A stretch of DNA of 64,000 nt, from positions 171,828 to 235,827 of the forward strand of contig CAZXUO010000001.1 in the NCBI GenBank assembly GCA_964643955.1, written 5' to 3'. Shown piece after piece: positions 29,710 through 38,027 of this stretch. Within the stretch, counting starts at the first letter, position 1; every line of letters begins with the position of its first letter. The notes under the pieces were generated by a model. The model ran no database searches, was not told the DNA's origin, and saw only the letters and a list, made by a program, of their open reading frames with translations. Origin of the DNA: an uncultured Candidatus Saccharibacteria bacterium. GTDB lineage: Bacteria; Patescibacteriota; Minisyncoccia; Phycocordibacterales; UBA918. The position numbers and the translations under genes were made by a program.

Positions 29710-31302
29710 ATGAGGAATACTCTTCTCTTTCTTGGACTTATATTCATTGGAACAATTTTTTATGCAGCACATACGTATGCGAATACTCAAAATGATCTAG
29801 GTGCGCTCTACAATGAATGGAAGGAAGAATTTGTCACGCATGAAGGTGCAGGTGGCCATGCGCGCGTACTTCAAAACAAGGATCGTCAAACCACCGTATC
29901 AGAAGGACAGGGATACGGAATGCTTCTTGCAATTTACAACAATGATCCAGAAACATTTGATAAGTTGTGGAAGTATACGAAACAGTACCTCAACGATCGC
30001 GGACTCATGCACTGGCAAATTGACAAGACGGGTGCTGTCATCGGCAGAAACGGTGCAACTGACGGCGATGAGGATATAGCCTTCGCATTACTCGCAGCAT
30101 ACAAACAATGGGGTATGTACGAGGAGGATGCTCGTGCCTATATCGATGCGATTTTTACTCACGAAGTTGAAGCGGAGACATACGTACTTAAGCCGGGTGA
30201 TGTATGGGGCGGCTCTCGCATTACAAATCCGTCATATTGTGCTCCTGCATATTACCGTGAATTCGCAGAATTTACCGGTGAGGAAAACTGGCTTCGTGTA
30301 CTCGACACTTGCTATTCAATTATTAAAAAAGCACGCAATATCAATACAGGTTTGTTACCTGAATGGACAACCATTGACGGCGGCATCGCGTACGATCTTA
30401 CACATAACAAGAATCGCGATAATTTTTCTTACAATGCAATTCGAGTACCTTGGCGTATCTCAGTTGATTGGGTATGGAACCGCGATCCCCGAGCATACTC
30501 AATCAACGACCGCATGACCAACTTTTTCGACAATGAACGAAAATTATATAGCGGGTACACGCTCTCAGGAAAACCAATTGTTATATACTTTGATGCAACG
30601 TTCGCTGCAGGAATTGCTGCAGGATCACTTGCTTCAGATAATACTAAGTTCAGGGAGGAGATGACCGAACGATTGATACAAACAACATCAAATAGCTACT
30701 ATGGTGCGACACTACGCTTGCTGTCACTCATGCTTGTCATGGAGAAATTTCCAAATCTTGCAATCGCGCCTGAAGCACCTCCTGAAAATGAGGAGGAGCA
30801 CAGCACGACTACACCTGAAGTAATCCCATCAGCTCCGCAAGAGCAAGAAATTATTCCCGATTCAGATTCTGTAGAAACAGAACCCATCCCCCAAGAAGAC
30901 CTTGCCGGAGAGGAAGCGAACGTCGGTTCGACAACTCCCGAGATACTCCCTCCTGAAGAACTAGAGGTACCTGAAATTGAGACATCCGTCATCGTTGAAC
31001 CTGAAGAAAATCATACGATAATAATCGACAGTCCTGAAGATAGCGCTACACTTTCTGGAGAGAAGAAGATTAAGGCATATATTGAGAATCTATCACTCGA
31101 CAGCTATACAATGATTTATTCTGTTGATGACAAAATGGAAGACCACATGCATGACGCCGCGGGAATGTTTAAGCAGGCAAAAATCCAATTCGATTCATGG
31201 ACATGGAATGAGAGCGGCCCCTACCGTGTCGACATCACTGCATATGATCTTTCAGGAAATACTCTTGCTACGACTCACATAGAAATCTACGTAAAACACT
31301 AG
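29710..31302 (+). CDS. Second GH8 glycoside hydrolase with an acidic linker and a C-terminal Ig-like domain
   Basis: TVSEGQGYGM and ATDGDEDIAFAL motifs. The C-terminal linker is Glu/Pro-rich. Confidence 0.65.
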   Translation: MRNTLLFLGLIFIGTIFYAAHTYANTQNDLGALYNEWKEEFVTHEGAGGHARVLQNKDRQTTVSEGQGYGMLLAIYNNDPETFDKLWKYTKQYLNDRGLMHWQIDKTGAVIGRNGATDGDEDIAFALLAAYKQWGMYEEDARAYIDAIFTHEVEAETYVLKPGDVWGGSRITNPSYCAPAYYREFAEFTGEENWLRVLDTCYSIIKKARNINTGLLPEWTTIDGGIAYDLTHNKNRDNFSYNAIRVPWRISVDWVWNRDPRAYSINDRMTNFFDNERKLYSGYTLSGKPIVIYFDATFAAGIAAGSLASDNTKFREEMTERLIQTTSNSYYGATLRLLSLMLVMEKFPNLAIAPEAPPENEEEHSTTTPEVIPSAPQEQEIIPDSDSVETEPIPQEDLAGEEANVGSTTPEILPPEELEVPEIETSVIVEPEENHTIIIDSPEDSATLSGEKKIKAYIENLSLDSYTMIYSVDDKMEDHMHDAAGMFKQAKIQFDSWTWNESGPYRVDITAYDLSGNTLATTHIEIYVKH

Positions 31303-31316
31303 CACTTGTTTTTTGT

Positions 31317-32537
31317 TTACCGCAACTCAACATCTTCCTCGATCTCTTCGTCATCACGTGACGGCATAAAAAGCAAATGTGAAATAAAGAACCAAATGAC
31401 AGAAAGAATTGTGGCAATCAACATCGGGAGGAAAAGACAATCGTACCAGAAGAAATATGAGAGTACCGCAACGACTGCATACCAACCCATATGCCAGTAG
31501 TGGTACGCCGACGGATTCCATGGGCGCATATCATGGTATCGCTCGCGGAAATCGAAGAAGAACCAGCCGATCATAAAGAGAAGTGCGAGGAGCCACCAGT
31601 CGCACAAGAGTAATAACTTATTGAGGAGCACCAGCACCACAACCATGAGTGCGGCAAAAATCGAGTTGCGTGAAAATGCACGGCGAGAGCCATACACTTC
31701 GTTTCGCAATCGCAGATCACGGATGAGAACCCAGCCATAAAAGATACCGAGCACGATGAGAAGTATCGGCATCACGCAGGCACAGTCAACCGAGATAATG
31801 TCAGAAACTCCTGCGACGATTCCGTCTGGCAACGTCGTGCTCCCTGTGCCCGTTGCTTCACCGAGCACCTGCGGCTCACCCGCACCTTCTGCTCCTGCTA
31901 CGCTTCCTGAAGGGACAAGTGGAACTGCAAACGGAAATCCGCCGCCAGTACCGAAGTCTTCAGGAGTTCCCGTGTCACCATCCCCGTCACCATCGCCGTC
32001 CCCGCTTGAGCGCGAACCACCGCCCCCTGTACTACCCCCTCCGTCACCATCCCCATCTCCGTCGCCATCACCACCCGAAGTTTCGCCATCGTCACATTCA
32101 AAATTCCCACCTGCAAACCCTATACAAAGATCAAACGAGAGCGATGCATACTGGTATTCATTTCCCGATTCAGGGAAGAATGTCATGCGATAGGTATAGA
32201 CCGTCGATGCGCCGTTTGAAAGTGTACTGAGCCCTACTTTTCCTGCTGTATCGAAATCGACAAATGATCCCGTGAAAAAATCTCCATTGTTGATGATGAC
32301 TCCCATTGCGTCGCCGAGTCCGTCGTCGTCAACCACATTGATAAGTTCGGTATATACACTCTTATCTTCACCGCTATTATTGGTGACCGTCACCGTCTTT
32401 GTGATGGTATCGCCCGGAAGAAAATTAGACTCACCGAAAAGCGGTACGGTCTCGAACTGCACCTCAAGTGGCGCGGCCTGCACACTGCCCGCAAAAAAGA
32501 AGAGTGAGACTGCGCAGATTGTAAGAAAATATTTCAT
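31317..32537 (-). CDS. Secreted and membrane-anchored protein: signal peptide, beta-rich domain, (GD)n linkers, an EPQVLGE motif and a C-terminal multi-TM domain
   Basis: GDGDGDGDGDGGG and GDGDGDGDGDTG low-complexity linkers. At least 5 C-terminal TM helices. Confidence 0.4.
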   Translation of the reverse strand: MKYFLTICAVSLFFFAGSVQAAPLEVQFETVPLFGESNFLPGDTITKTVTVTNNSGEDKSVYTELINVVDDDGLGDAMGVIINNGDFFTGSFVDFDTAGKVGLSTLSNGASTVYTYRMTFFPESGNEYQYASLSFDLCIGFAGGNFECDDGETSGGDGDGDGDGDGGGSTGGGGSRSSGDGDGDGDGDTGTPEDFGTGGGFPFAVPLVPSGSVAGAEGAGEPQVLGEATGTGSTTLPDGIVAGVSDIISVDCACVMPILLIVLGIFYGWVLIRDLRLRNEVYGSRRAFSRNSIFAALMVVVLVLLNKLLLLCDWWLLALLFMIGWFFFDFRERYHDMRPWNPSAYHYWHMGWYAVVAVLSYFFWYDCLFLPMLIATILSVIWFFISHLLFMPSRDDEEIEEDVELR

Positions 32538-32548
32538 AAATAAAATAA

Positions 32549-34633
32549 TTATTCGACCGGTGGCTCTGGCTCCGTCGTAGGTTCAGGCTCTGCGGGCGTC
32601 TCCTCTTCAGCAGGCGCTTCTTCGACTTCTTCTACAACATCTTCAACGACCATAAGATCATCTTCTGGCTGGACCTCGACAATTGGTTCTTCCTGCTCTT
32701 GCTCAACGGGTTCTACCACTGGCTCCGGCGGAAGAATATCTTCTTCACGCACGTCTCCAAGATCAGTAGAGCCGCCGGTCGATTGCTCATCGGTAGGTGG
32801 TGTCGCTTCAAGCACCGGCGCTGTCGACGATGCAGTTGAAGATGCCGTCGGCGTGACCGGTGCAATCTCCGGCGTAATCACTTCCTCTTCTGCAATGAGA
32901 AGCGCTTCAATTTCAGCATCAGTCATTTCAGGAAGTTCCTCAAGTCCTTCTGATATAGGAGCGACCTCAACACCTTCCATAGTGAAGCGAAGAATCTCGA
33001 TATCGTCTGATCCCGGATTGGTACCTGGATTTGGTGTCGCATTGAAAATCCAATCAGAAGCCGCGTCAGTGTCCCAGCCTTTCACCACGCGCGCGATCGA
33101 CTTGCCATCGAGTCCCGTGATGCCGACCGAAGGATTAAGCGCGACGGTATCGGTACCATAGCTTACTTGATCGACGACGACATCAGCGCCATCGCGGAGA
33201 ATCACGCGATCACCACCATCAGCGAGCCCATTGCCGAGCGATACGCCGAGCGCGATTTTAACCGCTGAAGCTGGGATGTCAGTCCAGTGGAGCGCAAATG
33301 TACTCGAGGCATTCGTGACGACCGCAAATCCATATGCAGGGATCGGTGTCGTAAGAAGCGGAATCATGTCGCAGCTCGTATTGTCACAAATATCCCATCC
33401 CGAAATATCAATCGGTGCAGCCGTCGGATTGTAAAGCTCTACCCACTCATTGTTTGTATCAGAGCCATGACCCGAATCTACATCATAGAAAACCTCGTTC
33501 ACGACCATGTGCGTGGTTGGTGCGACCGGCGCATCGATCGCCACCTCGAGGACTGGTCGTACATCGCTCTGACTTTGGTGCTCTGAGCTGCGGAACTTTC
33601 CCGAGCGGCTTCCGCTCTCAGGAAGCGCGTCGACATCCGCAAGCTTCCATCCATAGTTTGAGAAACTTCCATTTACAAAACCTGCGACATCACTCGTGAC
33701 ATCCCAGGACATCCACTTCGCATTCCCATCACCCGTACTCTCAGTGTCGGTCGGCGCAACCACCGCAGGCTTGCTATTCCACGTCACACTTCCCTCGCTC
33801 CACACTGCTGTCGCACGCGAGACTGCGTAATTGGTATTTGGCGTTGGTGCGGTGTAAAGATACGCCTTTAATTGTGCATCAGTGATGATCGAGCCGGGAG
33901 GAAGTGCGAAGTTGAATCCAACGAGCGCCTCAGAGTCCTTCGCACCAGACTGTCGACGAAGCTCAAGCTGCTGACTCGTGCCATTGTTGGTATTTGGCTG
34001 CTGCTCGTTTACATCAGTATCCATAATCGCTGCGATGTCAATCGTCGAAGTGCTTGTGTCGGACATGTTTTCCCACTGCGCTGTGGTGACGGCAAACGAT
34101 TCAGTCTCGACATCGTGATATGCCTTTCCTGAAGCAAAGCCAAACTGCCAACCATCAAACGTAATATCAAAATCGCAGGTCAGATTTGCGTATGAGCTGT
34201 CGACCGGCGGAAGCGAGGTGATGAAATCCCATGAGTTACCATCACCGGGGAAACTTGAGGTGCTGTGTGAGAAGCTTGCGAGCGGCCCCGTGTACACCGT
34301 GCTCGTTGCACGTTTTGCTTCGAGATTGAGTACGCCACAGAGTGGGCTCGTCGTCGCTGAAGTGAAAACGCGATATTCAAATGGCAATGAGTCGGTCGTG
34401 GTCGAAAGCGAGACAGGAAATGCCGGTGCACTGTTTTCAGGTGTGAGTCCGATGAATTCAGTCGTTGTGGTTGCGAGCATAAAATCAAGCTCTGCAGCAT
34501 CAAAAGAATTCTCTTCAGAAATTTCCGTATCGCTATAGTACGCCTGTGTGACACCCACTTGTGCGCAGCCGACCGTCGCAATGAGCGCGAATGCGAGTAC
34601 TTTTATTCCAAATTTATTTCTGAAGTTATGCAT
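32549..34633 (-). CDS. Large secreted protein (694 aa) with a SipW-cognate (TasA/camelysin-type) N-terminal signal
   Basis: The N-terminus ...GVTQAYYSDTEISEENSFDAAELDF matches the A[FY][FY]SDTE..(x)N.F.AG.LDL signature of SipW substrates. The C-terminal tail is Glu/Pro/Thr-rich. Confidence 0.55.
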   Translation of the reverse strand: MHNFRNKFGIKVLAFALIATVGCAQVGVTQAYYSDTEISEENSFDAAELDFMLATTTTEFIGLTPENSAPAFPVSLSTTTDSLPFEYRVFTSATTSPLCGVLNLEAKRATSTVYTGPLASFSHSTSSFPGDGNSWDFITSLPPVDSSYANLTCDFDITFDGWQFGFASGKAYHDVETESFAVTTAQWENMSDTSTSTIDIAAIMDTDVNEQQPNTNNGTSQQLELRRQSGAKDSEALVGFNFALPPGSIITDAQLKAYLYTAPTPNTNYAVSRATAVWSEGSVTWNSKPAVVAPTDTESTGDGNAKWMSWDVTSDVAGFVNGSFSNYGWKLADVDALPESGSRSGKFRSSEHQSQSDVRPVLEVAIDAPVAPTTHMVVNEVFYDVDSGHGSDTNNEWVELYNPTAAPIDISGWDICDNTSCDMIPLLTTPIPAYGFAVVTNASSTFALHWTDIPASAVKIALGVSLGNGLADGGDRVILRDGADVVVDQVSYGTDTVALNPSVGITGLDGKSIARVVKGWDTDAASDWIFNATPNPGTNPGSDDIEILRFTMEGVEVAPISEGLEELPEMTDAEIEALLIAEEEVITPEIAPVTPTASSTASSTAPVLEATPPTDEQSTGGSTDLGDVREEDILPPEPVVEPVEQEQEEPIVEVQPEDDLMVVEDVVEEVEEAPAEEETPAEPEPTTEPEPPVE

Positions 34634-35186
34634 GCGTATCAGTCTTTTCTGGTTCCTCTTTTGCTTCTTTTTTTGTTCGCAACTTTCTCAATTCATTCCA
34701 GAGTGCGACTCCCTCATCAAAAAGGACAAATCCTGCGGGAATGCCGATGAGTAATACGAAACCGAGCGGCTTCTTAGCAAAATCGAGGATGAATCCCATG
34801 TACGGAATCGAGAAGAAGACTTCTCCAAGTACCTGAGTACGCGGTATCGGCCGCGGATCAGGCGCGTTGTTGGCATCGCCTTTCGTGAGATACGAGATGC
34901 CACGACCGATCTCATCTACCTCGACGATGCGGTGCGTCGTCGGCACCTGATCGCCACGTTCAAAGTAGAAGGTGATGATATCACCCACTTGATAATCACC
35001 CGTTGGTCGCATCACAATGAGCGAGCCCGTCTTGATCTCAGGCTCCATCGAGCCGGACTGCACAATCTTTACTTCGAAGTTGCCTGGTACGGGCACGAGC
35101 GGCATGAGCAGCAGAAGACCAAGGAGAACCACTCCCACGATGAGTCCGTAATAGAGAATTGCGAAGAACTTTCCGATCATAAGCAT
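34626..35186 (-). CDS. sipW: Signal peptidase I, ER/archaeal type (SipW)
   Basis: SGSMEP box, a His-containing TTHRIV box (no Lys general base) and a TKGDANNAPD box. This differs from the P-type lepB at 5921. Confidence 0.75.
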   Translation of the reverse strand: MLMIGKFFAILYYGLIVGVVLLGLLLLMPLVPVPGNFEVKIVQSGSMEPEIKTGSLIVMRPTGDYQVGDIITFYFERGDQVPTTHRIVEVDEIGRGISYLTKGDANNAPDPRPIPRTQVLGEVFFSIPYMGFILDFAKKPLGFVLLIGIPAGFVLFDEGVALWNELRKLRTKKEAKEEPEKTDTHA

Positions 35187-35270
35187 ATCGAGGCTTAAAG
35201 ACTTAAGGCCTCATCCCTCCCCGCGATACTTCGCAGGGAGGGTGAGCCATCAAGACTTTAAAGAATTTCT

Positions 35271-37145
35271 TTAAAAGCCGAGAACGTCTCCGTTCAACAT
35301 GACGTCATCTACTTCAACAACCTGAGCTTTGTTGTACGTACCCATTCCTACTGATATACCGACAACTTTTGCTCCTGGATAAGCCGCAGCAAGCTGCTGA
35401 AGTGTGAAGTTGGTTGCGTATGCGCCACCTCCACCACTCACTCCGGCAGCTGTGGTAACTCCACTTGCCCACCACTTACCTTTTGTTTGATCGGCGCTCC
35501 ATGTCTGCTCAACACCAGTCATGATTGATGGTGGGTTGAGGTCATTGTGAGCGAAGATGTTGTAGTACGGTTCAAAGGTGATGTCCTTTGTAGTCGTACC
35601 CACACCATCTCCGTCGAGGTCAACAATGAGGCGAAGGCTCGCGTTTCCGTTTATAGGATCAAACGCTGAAACTTGCTTTGAGTCATACCTCACCATCGTG
35701 ACATCCTCTACATCGATATCTACACCGTAGTTGGTATAGCGAACGCGTGAGTTTACATCATCTGCAGTAACGAGCGTGATGAATCCATCCTCAACAACCA
35801 CATCTCCACCAGCTGATGATGTCTCAATCCACTCGTCCTCTTCTTCACCACCACCATTGTATTCTGCGATCACATCGGCGCATGAGAAGTCTGCGTTGTT
35901 GCGCTGCTGTACTGCGTATGCAGTGATGTCCGCAATGAGTGAGTCTGACTGTGATGCGTTGTCTACCGTAGAGCCATCACATTCGATCTCTCCATCATTG
36001 TTTGTCTGTGTACCTGCGCACCATGCGAGACCGAGGTATGCAGTTGTTGATGCAGTAAGACTGATCTCTTCTGGATTCCATGCATCTGCAAATGATGCGC
36101 CAGGACCAGCAATCACCGTCTCATCTCCTGCATCATATTCTCCATCTCCATTATCAACCCACGCGAAGAATTCAAGGACGCTGCCGAGCTCTCCAGTTGT
36201 AAGTCCATCTTCATCATCCTGTGATTCTGGCTCCGTCTGTGTATTGTCATCTTCCTCAATGTTATATGGGAAGACACACGCAAACGCATCATTGTCGAAC
36301 ACATGGAGTGAAATCACGTTTGTACCCCAGTCACCCGGCTTAATGTCGTTGAAGTTGAAGAACTTGTCTCCATCCGCAAGATCTTTTTCAGCCCAAAGGC
36401 GGCACATATTTTGGAAGTCTGTATCTGCAGCACATTCCTGTTCTGGACGTTCAATATTCAATTTGAACATCAAGCCTGCAGGGTTTGCTTCTGGTGTGCC
36501 GCCCTGTACTGCTTTGTTGCGAACGGTGATTTCAAGCACGTTCTCGCCAGTCTGTACCTCGGCCTGAAGTGCAGCTTGGAATGGCGCAGTATTTACAAGG
36601 TCGCCATAATTAAATTCAGTACCAAGATTGTTCACAATTTCTGTACCGTTGAGGACAATCTTGTAACCATTGTCAGCCGCAAGCGCAAGCGTAAGCGAGA
36701 TACCCGAAACGCCGCCATTCCACTGAAACTTGTTTTGGAATGTGTACTCTGCGTCTGTTGTGGTATCTGCCTGAAGCACTGGATTGGTTACCCAAATCCA
36801 CTGAGCAGGTGCAGCAGAAGCCTCTGGCTCCCATGCAGGGTGAACAAAACTCAACTCGACTGCATCCGTAGGAATTGGTCCTGCGTATGCACCATTGTCT
36901 GCAACAACGTCAGTACTTGCAGCAGACGAAAATACCGTCACGCTACATGTCTCACAGTCTGCGCCATTATACGTTTGCATTGCATGGTCTACCTTAAGAT
37001 CAATCGATCCAGCGGTAAACACGTTTCCTGCTGATGTCTCTGTATCACTGAAGAATGCGCCCGTTCCTGAGATCACAATCGCTGCGATTGCAGTGATGAG
37101 TCCGAGGCTCAAGAGCACTCGCTTTGTGTTAATAACTCCTGTCAT
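35271..37145 (-). CDS. Large secreted protein (624 aa) with a SipW-cognate signal (TasA-like)
   Basis: N-terminus ISGTGAFFSDTETSAGNVFTAGSIDLKVD is a near-canonical match to the SipW-cognate class. Confidence 0.6.
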   Translation of the reverse strand: MTGVINTKRVLLSLGLITAIAAIVISGTGAFFSDTETSAGNVFTAGSIDLKVDHAMQTYNGADCETCSVTVFSSAASTDVVADNGAYAGPIPTDAVELSFVHPAWEPEASAAPAQWIWVTNPVLQADTTTDAEYTFQNKFQWNGGVSGISLTLALAADNGYKIVLNGTEIVNNLGTEFNYGDLVNTAPFQAALQAEVQTGENVLEITVRNKAVQGGTPEANPAGLMFKLNIERPEQECAADTDFQNMCRLWAEKDLADGDKFFNFNDIKPGDWGTNVISLHVFDNDAFACVFPYNIEEDDNTQTEPESQDDEDGLTTGELGSVLEFFAWVDNGDGEYDAGDETVIAGPGASFADAWNPEEISLTASTTAYLGLAWCAGTQTNNDGEIECDGSTVDNASQSDSLIADITAYAVQQRNNADFSCADVIAEYNGGGEEEDEWIETSSAGGDVVVEDGFITLVTADDVNSRVRYTNYGVDIDVEDVTMVRYDSKQVSAFDPINGNASLRLIVDLDGDGVGTTTKDITFEPYYNIFAHNDLNPPSIMTGVEQTWSADQTKGKWWASGVTTAAGVSGGGGAYATNFTLQQLAAAYPGAKVVGISVGMGTYNKAQVVEVDDVMLNGDVLGF

Positions 37146-37214
37146 AACAGTTTGTAAAATTAATCTTTAAATAAATTTGATAAACCCACGCGCAGCTCTG
37201 GTGCTGAGCTGGTC

Positions 37215-37262
37215 TGGGTATAGAAAAAACGCCCCGCGCACGAATTACGTGCGAGAGGCGTT
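37215..37262. terminator. Long imperfect hairpin terminator (aacgccccgcgcacg aatta cgtgcgagaggcgtt) with A- and T-runs, embedded in a longer imperfect palindrome
   Basis: Located downstream of the sortase gene and upstream of the 624-aa gene. Confidence 0.55.
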
Positions 37263-37389
37263 TTTCCATACATCCAAACCAGACCAGCAGTACTTCAGAG
37301 TCATTATCATAGCTGTGGTAATCGCATACTAGCGCACCGCAACCGAATGTACATATTGACGTGTGGACTAGTTTGTATCGTGCCGCTCT

Positions 37390-38022
37390 TTATTTATCCT
37401 TGAGCGCCGCGTAAACAACCAGATTATGGCTGTATCGCTGCACGCCACGATCAAACGTACCCGTGCAGGTCACGAGGCGCAAACCCGCATGGTCGATGTC
37501 TCCATAGACTAATTGTGTCGGAAAATTTTCCTGCGCATATCGCTCCAGCGCAGTGACTTCAAATACTGCAATACTGCCGTCCTCTCGCACAATCTCAATC
37601 TCATCGCCGAGCGAGAGTTGTCCGAGTGAATAAAAGACTGCAGGACCCGCAACTGAGTCCACGTGCCCGAGCACAACCGCAGGACCAAGCTCACCGGGCG
37701 TCGGACCATGTTTGTACCATCCGACTTCCTCATAGCCTTTTGGCACTTCCACTTCACCATTTTCTGAGAGGCCGAGCGGGTCGGTAAATGATGCATCGAG
37801 ATCAATCGCAGGAATACGCAATTGAACTGGGAGAGACTCCTCGAGGTACGCGGCACTCGAAGATGCATATGGATCACCCATCTGTTCAGGTGAATACGCT
37901 GGCGCAGGGAGAAAAAGGTACATCACCAATGCGCCTATTACGAGGCCACATACGGCATACGCCGCCACGGTACCGTGGCGGCGTATGCATGATCCGAGTC
38001 GTTGTCTTGGATCAATACTCAT
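37390..38022 (-). CDS. Sortase (class E/F-like transpeptidase)
   Basis: An N-terminal TM anchor, a VVLGHVD His motif and an LVTCTG catalytic Cys motif (TLxTC). Confidence 0.7.
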   Translation of the reverse strand: MSIDPRQRLGSCIRRHGTVAAYAVCGLVIGALVMYLFLPAPAYSPEQMGDPYASSSAAYLEESLPVQLRIPAIDLDASFTDPLGLSENGEVEVPKGYEEVGWYKHGPTPGELGPAVVLGHVDSVAGPAVFYSLGQLSLGDEIEIVREDGSIAVFEVTALERYAQENFPTQLVYGDIDHAGLRLVTCTGTFDRGVQRYSHNLVVYAALKDK

Positions 38023-38027
38023 AAGTC

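Noticed and set aside
31800-32200. GGNGAY-type microsatellite-like DNA repeats, also seen near 38500-38600
   Set aside because: They encode (Gly-Asp)n linkers within ORFs. They are coding low-complexity sequence, not intergenic simple repeats.
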